Source: Tubulanus polymorphus (lineage: Eukaryota; Animalia; Nemertea). From it: a stretch of 64,000 bases of DNA. The notes beneath the pieces are model-generated. The model was not told where the DNA came from. It searched no databases and saw nothing but the letters and a program-made list of their open reading frames with translations. This document shows positions 23,668 through 37,100 of the stretch, piece by piece (the stretch's first letter is position 1; each line of letters begins with the position of its first letter). Location: positions 16,216,150 to 16,280,149 of the forward strand of contig NC_134026.1 of NCBI RefSeq assembly GCF_964204645.1. The letters run 5' to 3'. The position numbers and the translations under genes were made by a program.

Positions 23668-26600
23668 TGTATAATATCAAAGGCTTTTGACAAGATTAGA
23701 AATATTCCAAATTTAGTCTCACCTTTATCCATACTTTCAGTAATTTTGTCAGAAATGGCTGCAACTGCTAGAAACGTAGAATAGTGTTTTCTGAAACCAA
23801 ACTGATATTCTCTAAGAATTTTATATGTGTCTAGGAAACTAGTGAAACGGATATTTTTCTTCTGGAAATTTGCTAAAGCACTGAAGTAATGAAACAGGCT
23901 TGTAATTGCTAAAAATATCGTCATCTCCCGATTTGTACCATGGCTTTACCCTGGCAATTCTTAAAGCGTTAGGGGCAACACCCGTGGCCATACTGCGATT
24001 AAATACATGAGTTTGATGAAACGTTGGCTTCTATCATAATGACTACAACTATCTTCAAGTGTGAAATTTTTGACAATATTTTGGATTTCAAAAACTGTTA
24101 GAAGGCAAAATCATCTGTTTCTGAGCAGTTGTACGTTTTAAGTGATATCTTTTAGAATGTATCATAAACGTGTTTAGTTTATTGAAGATAAAATCAGTTT
24201 CTAAAATTGTGCGAGTCAGTCAGAGCATGGCCGTATTTGTCCATGGTCTGAGTTAGATTTTCGACTTCCAAGTATATATGGAACCTCGCTGACTTGGACT
24301 TTCCATACCCGATATTGAGAACGCCAGGATTTTGTTTACTTTGAATTGTCTATAGTTGAAACAAACACGGTTTCATCAGGTTTTTGATCGACTTGTCTAA
24401 TCTTTCGATGACCCACGGTCACAGGTCACTAACTGAATAAGAGACATTATATTAGGCTAAGCAAATTTGATACTTACTTAGTTCTCCTTTCTACTGAGTT
24501 TGAAAGTTGGCCCGCCTGTCTACCCTGTACATAACGTTTTTCAAAAATCATATCATCAAGCTAACAAGTACAGATTAGGTAGCTATAGAAATGAACTGAT
24601 TACAAATTTCATTGCGATTTGATTTACAAAATGACGCAGCCGATTAGGAGACACAATTAGGAATGATTTTTAGCCTTATTCGCGCTCAAAATCGAGCTAA
24701 ACTGAAGAGCAAAAATCCACATTATTATACAAGCACAGCGCCTTTCTCATGGAACGTCTTACGACTACAATTAATCGATCGTTTCCTAATGCAAGTCCAT
24801 TCCCTCAAGAGCAGTCAAAACCGTTGCTAAACACCTGTGTTTCTTGGTAATTCTGCCGCAACATCGTTGGTTACATTGTCCAGGGAAGTAAGAGCAAGAG
24901 AACGTTCTTGCGTAGTAAAGAAAGATCCATTGTCACTTCGACCAGTCGCTCTTAAGCGTAAATGTACATTCATCTTGAGCACATTTAAAAAAAACTCATT
25001 TATTAAAAATTTGCCGTTAGGCTTACAGATATACGGAATCCGATGACACTTGAAATTGCAACGGCGGCGAATGAACATCTATGGTTTAATTACTAGATAA
25101 CAAGCTACACTGGGATGTACGCAACATTGGAGAATAGTTTTTTTAAGCTCGAGGGAAATGATCTCTTCAGAGCAGCCTCTTATGTAAAATATGGATTCTT
25201 CGATTTTCTTTTACGCTCGAATTAGTCAGTTCACGTCGCTGCGATATTATTATATCCCTTGCGTGTTGCGAAGGCTTGAATTGGAATCTGATTGCTGGGA
25301 CGATATTGGACGTGCAACACCGATAATACATGCACACGTCAATGGCAAAATAGTCCTTGGCAATTCGATTGTCGCGAGTAAATGCCAATTACTGACCTAA
25401 TGTCCTCGTTTCGGCTGATTTAACTTACGTTCGGGTTTTCGAAGCGAAAGAACATCTTATTGCGCGAAAATTCAATTTCATAGTCGAAAATAGTCACTTA
25501 TTGTATACGAAACAGACGTGAAATCGATGGTAGATTAGCATTCATTGAACTGCCGTTAACCTGTCATTTGACATTCCTCATTTTGTTGGTGTATAAAACC
25601 AAATAGTAACGGTATAACAGGAATACTCTATACAGCCAACCGGTTTGTTCCATCGCGTGTATTCTCGAGTTAGGGTTGATTAAACTTTTGAGCGTGTTCG
25701 TTATCAGTTTGATCATAGTGATGGAGTTGCCTCTAATCCCCGAAACACATAAAATACCTTCAGTAATCACATTACGTGAGTTGTTCAAGACATTCATCAA
25801 CTGCATGTTTGAGAAACGCTTAATTTCCAAATATTTTCTTACATCCATTATTCACTGTTAGATTTGAACTCATTGGAACGGGGTACCGGTACGGAAAACA
25901 TATCATCCTGAATCAATACAGTTCTACTTAAAATTTTGCAATACCACATTCATAGTTTGATGTGTATTGACTTAATTGTTTCTTCAGTACTGTCACGTGA
26001 GTTATGGAGAGATATACCGGTAACTTCATATCGTCAATTTGATCTCTGATACAACATTATACTCCATGATAATACCATGTTATTTTTTGATTAGCCCAAT
26101 CGATTCAATGTAATTAATCAATGGATATCATTCTTTCAGATGTTCAAATATGGTTTAACTCCATGTCCATGGTCATTGCATAAGACCTTGTTAAGCCCCG
26201 CGCGGTAGATATTTTTTGTACATGCTCAATCTACTAAAGAAAGCTTGATATTTTACCTTAGAATCAATCATTAACCTTTCTTGAGTGTGCTGGAATACGT
26301 GTTAATAATCTAATAAGTATGACCTACACTTCATTTTCCGCGTGCATTGATTTTGATTTTAACGTCCGTGAAAAGCAAATGTTTTTTACAGAAATGATGT
26401 TAGTATGCTCGCTACAGTAACCATAAGATGTTAAGTGTAATAGAGATTGATAAAAGTAAATGGTATTTACTGGAAATCCTCAATAGTCAAATTTGCTGTA
26501 CGCGAACAGAGATAACGATGCCCATAGTGTAATATCATCTTAGATGAATAGCTAATTTTCGAGTACTCTGGATCACTTTTTTAGTCAAAGTTTCTTCTAG

Positions 26601-27690
26601 TAAACTTATAAGAATTTAGTAGGCATATGTTGGTCTTAACCCTCATTTGATTACCACTTCATTACTATACATTTTGGAAATATATATATATAATTTAGAT
26701 CAGAATTTCTTCTGTTAGATAATTAATCTTGTGAATATTACTTTTGTCTTGGATAGAAAGTAGTTATTTGCGGTTGTAATTGCTATTGATCTGAAGCGCG
26801 CCAACACGAGGGAACGTGAAGGAAGACGCTTCTTCTCGTGCATTCACTGTGTAAGCTGCAAGCTCGTGCTATAATTCCTCTAGCATCGGTGGCGATGGAA
26901 TACTCGGTTTAACTGAACTTGACATTTCAAAAATCTATAATCTTTTGGATTAATGTATGTTTTACAAGATGACCAGGTAAGATTATTTTTATTCAACTTC
27001 CATAAAAGTGGACCTTGCGATCAACGTAGATTACGGCGCCGGTTAACACAGTTTGGTTTTTCATGATCTTTTGTTTATACGTGTTTCTACGTCTGCAGCC
27101 AAAAAAATGATCTGATCGTAATTTCGATGGCGGCCGGATTGATGTTACCAAGATCAGCCGTTTCTACACATGTTTTAGGTTGTGAAGGGACATTTTTAGA
27201 CGGTTTAATCAATTGTCTTTAGGTTGATATTTCCCCTTTTGGTCTATAATCCCAAGAAAACAATGGATGAAAAATGGACTTGTGGCCTTTTGTGTCCTAC
27301 ACAGGGTCTGGATTTATAAGCCTGTAGCTACTTTATCTTTTGTCACACATATGACATCTAAATTAAAGGTACGTAGCTACACTTTGGGAAGACGTATTTT
27401 AGATATCGGACCGTGCTTTCGGTCCGCCATTTTTACGCATCTTCGGCTATCTAAGTCTCACCAAGACTTGTCCATAGACAATAAATGATGTTAAAGGAAA
27501 GTACCGACTAATGTTTACTTACAGTTCAATATTTCAACGGCACTGTCTTAGGACATCTCCTAAGGTAGAATTGGGACTATCCAGTGTTTTGTTCTCCCTA
27601 CTTGGAGGGATTGATTAGACAGTTTTAGACCACCTTTTTGACATCTTATTAAACGTAACCGTATAAAGTGAAGCAATTATTAGGCCTACT

Positions 27691-27858
27691 CAGTGCAACC
27701 TCGTTATAACGAACGCGGATGCAACGATTCATCGGATATCACAAATATAGATTTTAAGTAAGACACTTAAATTATGTTCATACTGTAAATAACGAACTGT
27801 CGGTTATAAAGAACATATTTTCTGGTCCCGAGAAGTTCGTTGTAACGAGGTTCCACTG
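27691..27858. mobile_element. Second copy of the same pogo/Tigger-like MITE
   Basis: cagtgcaacctcgttataacgaa...ttcgttgtaacgaggttccactg|ta. The interior is similar to the 23494 copy. Confidence 0.85.
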
Positions 27859-28838
27859 TATTGAGCTTCATTATAAGCTAGCCGATGAAGAAGAGATCGA
27901 TGCGCAGAACGTCACTGCTCCATGTTTTCAATTGTTCGCGAAATATTGTTGACAAAGATATAGCTGAGAGATTGTCATCACCAAATGAAGGAGTGATTTC
28001 TCATTTTACGCCCACTATGAACTACCAGTTCAACAAACCATGATTAAACCATTGAAACTCTCTGAACAGTGCTTTGTCCTATCTACGTATTGCTACATAA
28101 GCGCACGCTTACATTTTTTCCAGGGCGTCAAATAATTTTTTCATGATTAATTTTCTTTTTTTATCCATTTGGTACCTATGCATATTTTATAACCGCAGTC
28201 TATTGCATTTTTGTAGATGATGACATGCTTTACGATTTTACAGTCTTAATTCATTCAGTCGCATCATTAGGTTCTGTATCTCACCATGGGCGTTTACTAT
28301 TGAAAGTGCATGTATTTTCGTTTGTACCGGAACCATGAATATTTTGTAAACATAGTCAATTGGTAAACCTGTAGCCCATGACATAATATGTGATTCGTGT
28401 AATTTCAATGAACAATTGATAATGCATTATCTTTATTTGGAGGATTTTCCAGAATGTAGATAGCCAACAAAATCATATTTTTCTGGAATTGGGCTCGTAT
28501 ATTCGGCATATCTTTTGAATTCATTCATTCAGCATTGAATTCACTCTATAAAATTCACTTAGTTCGCGTTTTAGAAAACAAGGGATAATACGTAGCTGCT
28601 CCCTAACGACATATCTACCAAAATAGATGTATTTCGACTATAAGAGTTAACTCGTTGAAAATTAGATAATTTTTGATTCTTGGCTTTGAAGTAATTAAAT
28701 CATTGGACCTAGGTGTCCAGGAAAGGACTTGGCACAGTGAATTATATTCGTCGATAGTACATAAAGGGACGAATGAAAATGATTAAGCAATGTTTTTAAG
28801 GTCTCATCAGTTACCGTGGCAACGGTAACCGATAAGAC

Positions 28839-29117
<279 letters not shown>

Positions 29118-29465
29118 TCGTCGATAAATCGACTTTTCTTGTTTTTGCAAGATCGATCTGCTGAAAAATATGCAGTATGTATTGCATAATTTTGATATAG
29201 GAATAACAAAACCAAACCTCATTAGTTTCAGATTCGACTCTTTTCTAGGGTGTCACAGTGGTGTCACAACGTATCTTAAGTTAATATCAGCTTGGTATTT
29301 AAGCTTATCATTTCATCAAACGTCTTAGCTATAAAAAAAGCAACCGATCAAACTATTCATTGCCGTTCAAATTTAAAAGCGACATTAAGGATCAGTATCA
29401 GCCGGTCACGACGCCTTACTTTGCACCGGTCACAGGCTAAAATAAAGTCGTTTCATTCTATTTAG

Positions 29466-30460
29466 TTTTTTAGCTCCGCTGTGACCGAAGGTCAGCGGAG
29501 CTAATGGGTTAGGGGGTGAGCTGTCGTCGTCCGTCAACTTTTCCTTCAAATCGCTAGTAGTCCTACAGTTTTAATCGGATCAATTCCAAATTTGGTATGA
29601 ATGTTCTATGGACCTAGGCCTACAAAGTTACAGAGCGATTTTTTGGATTTGTTCCCCAGGGGCGCCCCCTGGGGGTGGAGTTTCTATTTCTTCAAATTGC
29701 TACTCGTCCTACAGTTTTAATCGGATCAATTCAAAATTTGGTATGAATGTTCTATGGAGCAAGGCCTACAAAGTTAGAGAGCGATTTTTTTGATTTGTCC
29801 CCCAGGGGCGCCCCCTAGGGGTGGAGTTTCTATTTCTTCAAATCGCTACTAGTCGTACAGTTTTAATCGGATCAATTCCAAATTTAGTATGAATGTTCTA
29901 TGGACCTAGGCCTATAAAGTTACAGAGCCATTGTTTTGAATTCGTTCCCCAGGGGGCGCCCCTGGGGGTGGAGTTAATATTCTAATTGCTACTAGTCCTA
30001 CAGTTTTAATCAGATCAATTCCAAATTTGGTGTGAATGTTCTATGGACCTAGGCCTATAAAGTTACAGAGCGATTTTTTTAGATTTGTCCTCCAGGGGCG
30101 CACCCTGGGGGTGAAGTTTCTATTTCTTCAAATCGCTACTAGTCCTGCAGTTTAAATCAGATCAATACCAAATTTGGTATGAATGTTCTATGGACCACGG
30201 ACTATGAAGTAACAGAGCCATTTTTTATTTATCCACCAGGCGGCGCCCCTGGGGGTGGAGTTTCTATTTCTTCATATTGCTATTAGTCCTACAGTTTTAA
30301 TCAGATCAAGTCGAAATTTGGTATGAATGTTCTATGGACCAATACCTACAAAGTACAGAGCCCTTTTTGGATTTGGCCAAAAGGGGACACCCCTAGGTAT
30401 GGAACTTCCATTTCTTCAAATCACACAGTGGAGCTATATAAGCCGATAGGCTCCTTGACT
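29466..30460 (+). mobile_element. HINE-like element with a ~146-bp internal tandem array (~6 units)
   Basis: SubTIR tagctccgctgtg / cacagtggagcta, 5' inverted repeat cagcggagcta, 3' hairpin agcc-gata-ggct. Unit anchors (cagttt) are at ~29566, 29712, 29858, 30001, 30147 and 30292. Confidence 0.88.
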
Positions 30461-32099
30461 ATATAGCGAGGGTAGCGACCCGTCTGATTCTGATCTTTAA
30501 CAGCTTATTGTTTATTTTTGATGTTTACAGCGGATAAATAGGTAATGCAAGCGTGAGATATTTTCCTGCGATATTTCGAATTTACTCGCAGTTTGAATTT
30601 AGTGCCATTATTAGCGAGCGCATGATCCTCAACGTCTCAAAATGAGATACGAACACCCAGTGATCAAGTATTAAGCTGCATGAGATTAGGAACGTCGATA
30701 CGAAAATTCGTCCCAAAAATTACCGAACGGTTTCTCTATCTTATTCAGGTCGATAATCGACTGGAAAATGGATATCTATCTGTTTCTAGATTCACGAGCA
30801 AGTAATCCATAGGTAAGTTTTGTAGGCGTGTCCTGGGTCGATTAGTTTTCAAATCTGCATCGATTTATGTGCTTTAGTTACGCATGTTCAGGGAAAGCAG
30901 AAATAGAAGCTACAATTGATACTATATATAGCGCAGATTTTTCCTTCAATAGCTCATATTCAAATTTTGATAGCAAATGAATCACATTAGGCATTCTAGC
31001 ACAAAATGTGTAATTACATTCACATCATAAACTCCTAAAAATTGGATTGTTCTTACGTCATTATGTAACGTTTGTGGTTTTTAGGTTTCATATACATATA
31101 CGCTCTTCCCCTACATTCCACTACCAATCTTCGAAGAGGCTAACTTCAAATTATCCTGTATCCTTCATCGCGCCGGGGTTTCACCGACTTTCATCCTAAT
31201 GATTACCTCAAACAGAGTACCTGCATATTGGTTTACTAAACGTAAAACATCATTTTTCTTTGGTCGGATATTTAAATAAAATACGCATTACCTAATTGTT
31301 GATAAAATTCAATGAGGTATTCCGCTAAAATTTAGGAGCAATTCAAAAGTCGGAAGGAAGTTTGATCACTTCCACAAGTGATTAGATAACAAGCTACACG
31401 ATATAATGCGCGATGTTACAACTCCCGGGTACATTTTTAATCACCGTGTTATTGGCCAGAAAATCACCTTATCAACGTTGTAACCAGCGTGGTTCATTGG
31501 TGGCAACGAACAATTTACAGGATGCTTGTATGTGAGAAGCCTGGTCGGTGCTTGTTCACAAAGTTCATCGTATATTACTCATTACACGGTTTCGCTTACT
31601 GCGCGATTGGCATTTTGAGTCAAAATGTGGGACGATGTTAGATTAAAACAAATGATTTTCGTTCTAGGTTTTAGGCTTTTTCACATAAATCCCTAATGCT
31701 TACCTCCGAATTAATGTAATAATGTTAAAATCATTCCATCCCCTTTCCACACAGTTAATCTCCAAAAGTCACGAAAACGAAAGCTACTTAACGCAGATTT
31801 TGGTGGAGTAAGAAAGCAATAATAATATGATTTGAAATATATGATACATACTTGGATTGTGAAGCCGTTCCAGCGCGAGTGCCGTGGGCGCCGAGCCGTT
31901 AAGAATGGTCTTGGGGCCCTCCCCACACGAAATAAACTTAAAGCAGATTTGCGGCTACCATCGAACATATTAGTTTTTCCATATACATATATTGTATATG
32001 TATATGTAGTGCGTTGAAAAAATTCAAGAAGTTGACATTCATATTAACAATTATGCGATGAAAAAGTCAACCTTTCTTGTTCATTTGCTCGGCAGGGAT

Positions 32100-32940
32100 G
32101 TATGATTATTTCTTTAAAGAAAACTGTATTACTCTATGAAAACAAAAAAGGCTACACTTGGAAAACAAATATTATTTGGTTGTAGGGGATTAGGGAATAA
32201 ACTGTTCCATATGGGGAATCAGAATATTGAGGTTGTTACCAGCGATAAGTACCTAGTAATATCACTACATAAGAAATATAGTTTTTTGTAGACAATAAAT
32301 ACTTGGTTTCATAGACAAAAAAGTACTAAACGCTCTTTATTGTAAAACTTACAATATAGTTTAAAGCTCCCTTTAGATTGCCAGCTAAGCTATTCGATTG
32401 GACGGTGGTACCTATTATCCTATATGGATGCGAAGTTTGGAGGTTCTCAAACATAGGGAGTCTGTTCACCTAATAAGTTTTTTGAGACATGTATTGAAAG
32501 CGCGAAATTAGTTCGCCTACGTTCATATTGTACAGGGAAACTGGTAGGTTCACCTTTTTTAGTAATTCATTCTAGAATTGTTTCCTTTTGGAAAATTTGG
32601 TTACTTCCCGAAGCAAACTCTCTAGCATTCTGAACAAATCAGTTATGGGACCATTTTACATATACGGCATAGTTCCACATTTTGAATGGATTGGAAACGT
32701 TAAAAATACATTCTGTATTTCATAGGTCTTAACAACGTGTCGGATGAGCAATCCTTCCTAAATTCTAGATCTAGCTGAAATCTACTTCAAAACGAAACTA
32801 ATCGACCTGTTCTTCCAAGTTGGAGAGCATCAATAATGGTGACCATTACTCTCTATTCAAAGATAATCATAGCCTGGGAATTCTTTACATGTCAGACATC
32901 CCTGATGACCTGATTTATAGTTTGGGTAGATTAATAACTT
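32100..32940 (+). pseudogene. Decayed LINE ORF2 C-terminal fragment
   Basis: Motifs KLFDWTVVPIILYGCEVW and YRETGRF, of the same type as 7430-8405. Confidence 0.75.
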
Positions 32941-32986
32941 GCATCCACAATTGAAATTGGATAAACGTACAGAGAAAATATGATTG

Positions 32987-33180
<194 letters not shown>

Positions 33181-33799
33181 TGCATGTATCGTGTATGTAT
33201 CGTGTATGTATAGTGCATCAGTGTATTGCGTATGGGAATGAACCACAACCGCTAGGACTTCTCCCGAATATTATTAGTATTATTTCTGTGTAATAATGTA
33301 TCTGAGGATTATTAAATTCTTCACCATCTAAACACTAGAAAGTTTATTAACATTTTTTTCGCTTGTTTCAATTTTTCAATGCGAAAGGTGCAACTATTCT
33401 GAAAACCCTTTATCGCAGTTTTGTAGCTGTAGGTTTTTAGTTATAATGTTCGAAGGTTTGCATATCAATGATGCTTAGGCAGAAAACCCGTTATCGCTGC
33501 TTTGAAGCTATATTCGTCAAATGATTTTGTTCCGAATTGCTTCAATCTTCAAGAATATAAAGTGAAAATAGAAAATATGCTGGTAAGCAGTTGATCTTTA
33601 AATTATATGACTTTTAACGAATCTTCTCTAGATGGAAGAACTAATTTTTTAAATGTTTCAAGCATATGTTATACCGGTCGATATACGTATATGATTACCG
33701 CAGCATAAGACCTACCATTTTCTCAAGAGGTTCCTTATCACGATTATAAGATTCTCATTTTTGGATTATACGCACTCTTATATAACGGCAAGCTTTTGT

Positions 33800-34140
33800 C
33801 CATCCTCCCCCGGCAGGGATTCGAACCTGATGGCATCGAGATTGCCACGGCACGAAACCCTGCCATAATCGACCGTGTGCGCAGATACATGCGCAGTTCA
33901 GATGATGTGATTTTTAGCCAATCAGATATCCCGTTTTATTTTAGCCCGGGGTTTCCCATTTATAGTTCTTCCTTGAAATTTGCCTCAACGATTATACAAC
34001 GAGCAATCTGATTGGTGCCGCCAGTTTTCGTTCGGAAAGCTGCGCATGTACCTGCGCACCCGGTCTACTGATGCAGGGGTTCGTGCCGTGGCTGAGTGTA
34101 GCGATGCCATCAGGTTCGAGTCCCTGCAGAGGGAGAATGG
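33800..34140. mobile_element. MITE with ~100-bp TIRs containing tRNA-like A/B boxes; 7-bp TSD
   Basis: 33800-33897 is inverted at 34040-34140. cttttgt flanks both sides (33793-33799 and 34141-34147). Confidence 0.7.
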
Positions 34141-37100
34141 CTTTTGTGATGTATGAAATTTTCAGTGAATGAAACACGCAGCATTCGCGACAGTCATCAT
34201 TCGTAGGTGTTCATCGTAATACTTATCATATATTTCTGTAACATGTGACGCTCGGGTCTCTTGTGAATCAACAAATCATCGAAATGAATTTTATCGATCA
34301 AATCTTGTTAAAGCAATTTCGAAAATTGACTATAGACAACAACCATGTATAAAGTGATTTACCTTCTCAGAATGAAATTCTCGATGAACCATGACATGAA
34401 TCAGCTCAGATAATCTTCCATATGACATGTTTATGTAAAGTTAAATGTTTTCAGATATCTTATATAAGCTTAGTTGTCACGTACATTATCTATTTCATGC
34501 GTTTATTTGTGGTAGACTCATTCCATTGTTACATTGCCGTGTAACGCAAATTAGATTATAAACATACAGCTTTTGATACGTACAGAGATTTATTCTATTA
34601 ATTTTCATTATGAGATTAAAATCTTCTTACTAAATAAAGCAGGAGTTCCTATCGACAGTGACAACTATCGAGGTAGTTGAAGACATAATGAGGGGCCACG
34701 CAAGCCTTCGAGTGGGGTAATTGTCATATTTTATTCAGCGTGCGCCATCCGCCGTCCCCTTGAAACCATTTTAGTGCAATGCAGCCTTTAATCCTTTAAA
34801 GTTTATTGGCCAGCCGTAGGCTGAGCCTATTACTATACAAATGGAGCAAATTTAAATGAAATGCTTTTCAGAGCTAAGGCCCTTTGACTTTGCAACTGAG
34901 CATGTATTCATACAAATCATCCATAAGCATTATCCATTCTCCAAATCCTATGGAGTTGAATTTTGAAAAAAGCCTCGTTAAAATTTATATGAGCTTTTTC
35001 GCGAAAGTCTGAACGCAAAAATATCAGTTTTTTTTTTAAATCCAATCAGACAAAGGCTCCTCTGTGATTGGATTAGCCGCAGAAATCAGCGGTGTTTACG
35101 TAAACCCGCGGTATCGTCTACTGTTTTACTTATTTACACTGCAGAAAGTCCAAGAAAAATAGCTTTTTCTCAAATCGGATGGATGACCGCGATATGCTTA
35201 TTAGCGATGTGCTCAAACCACAAATTCAATCAAATTTTGTTCTGCAAAAAATGTCAAATCCAATTAAATTTTACTTTATTGAACAAATAAAACATCAAAT
35301 CCAATTCAATTTTGTATTATTGGGCAAATTTCAGAAAATGCAAATCAATTGTATTCTGCATTGAAATCAATAAAACCGAGGGAATATGTTGATCTGAGGT
35401 ATTTGTTCCTGTCAGTTCCCTGTCTGTGCTACCTATGAAAACACGATTGTACTGTGTAAATTATAGGTATTGACAGGGAGAGTATTTTGACAAATATAAC
35501 CCATTGACAGGGAGTGTATTTTGACAAATATTACCCACAGAATGCATCCTTTGCCGTTTATGTAAAGCCGAAAGCCTGGCCATAGTGCCCCTTGGGACTT
35601 TTGTTCATAAACTTAGTGTGATGATCGTATCAGGTGAGATGCCCATCCCTATTGAAAAGGGGGCGATCGGCCATCAAATATGGCTGCCAGTGCAGCCATC
35701 TTGATTTCTTTGTGGATTTTCATGATACTTAGTTTGAAGGTCTGGGCAGTGTCCACCCCTATTAAAAAGGGAGGTCTTTAACCATCAAATATGGCCGCCA
35801 GCGCAGCCAGCTTGTTTAATTTAATGTTAGTACAATACGCACTGCAGTTGTCTGATGGCTATCCATGAAACCTTAGAGTTAGAGTAAATACAGGTTTATT
35901 TACTCTCCGCTTCAACCAATAATTTTTACAAATTCAATGAACAATTAAGTTAATTCTGCTATTCATGAAGTATGCAATATTTTTGTAACCCGTCTTCAGT
36001 TTCGTGCCCCTTTACTTAGCTTACCCCGGGGAGGCATACAGGGCGTTGCCACATTTTAGTAATGCTACTTTGGAAATCAAGGATTCATGCAACAAGCGAG
36101 GATCGACCATTTTTGTTGGTTGTCTGTTTTCAGGTTATGTTTTGTTCAACAATCCCATTAAAAATGAATCATGTTTTCTCCTCAATCATCCAAAATTGGA
36201 TTCGGACGCCTAAACTGTTAAATGGAAAATGGGTAGTTTTAAATTGAATATGTAGCGATGCCAGGGATATTCCGAATGACATTTGGAAAGTCGTTTTGTA
36301 AAAGAACGTAAAAGTATACGAGAAAATTCTTATTGCTTCTCTCCTTATGCTGTACTGGTAGTCTGGTGTGCGTGCGTCCGTGCGTCAGGTTTCTTGTGAA
36401 CACTCTGGTCAAAAATTGTGGTCTGTGTAGTGTTCATAAGAAACCTGTGATAATTGTCTTCAAATTTGGATGTATTGTGTATACCTATAATTCCCTGACG
36501 AGTTCAATATTTGGGGTAATCGGATCCGACATGGCCGATTGGCGGTCGTCTAAACCAGTATCTAAAGCCGGGCGCACACTAGGCGATTTAGTTACTGAAA
36601 ATGAACTTTTTGGCTATATATTGATATAATACTCCACGTAGAGCTTTCATTTTTTATATGAGAATTTTAAAATGGATACATACATAACCCCGTCATCATG
36701 TCGGATTTGAATCCTATACACATTTTTTATATAACAATAATACAATATATACAATGCCGTAGTGCCATTTATATTTATTGTACTGTAACCCATGCTCAAT
36801 TCTGCCGTTCAAAGTACCTGCTGTTCATTACCACATCCAAGTCAGTCGAAAGTCATTCGTTTTAATCAAGACTCGGCCTTCAAGTTGTTTGCTTTGGCCA
36901 TGTCCGTAATCTATATCATCTGTCACACTCCTTAGGATAACCCCATCGACGAGTCAAATGGATGAGGTAAAAGTGGCCATTGTTCGCGTATGTTGTTTGA
37001 TGTGGTGTCGGAATATCACACGGCGGGAATGAAATCTCTTTTTACGGGCGTTGTTTAAATTAACTTGGTGCGCTGAAAATTGATTATCAAATGACGCGAA

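Larger units (their letters stand above)
20840..24130 (-). pseudogene. Decayed LINE RT interrupted by hairpin element A and a MITE
   Basis: Minus-strand motifs QFGFRKHYST, GIFL.LSKAFD and HYGIRG...WFQSYL (23390-23830), then LFAD, NWFKANKLSLN, TKFL and KLQK (20900-21354). Confidence 0.85.

Noticed and set aside
24780-25870. Cluster of short ORFs on both strands
   Set aside because: All frames are interrupted and contain no motifs, so coding status cannot be supported.
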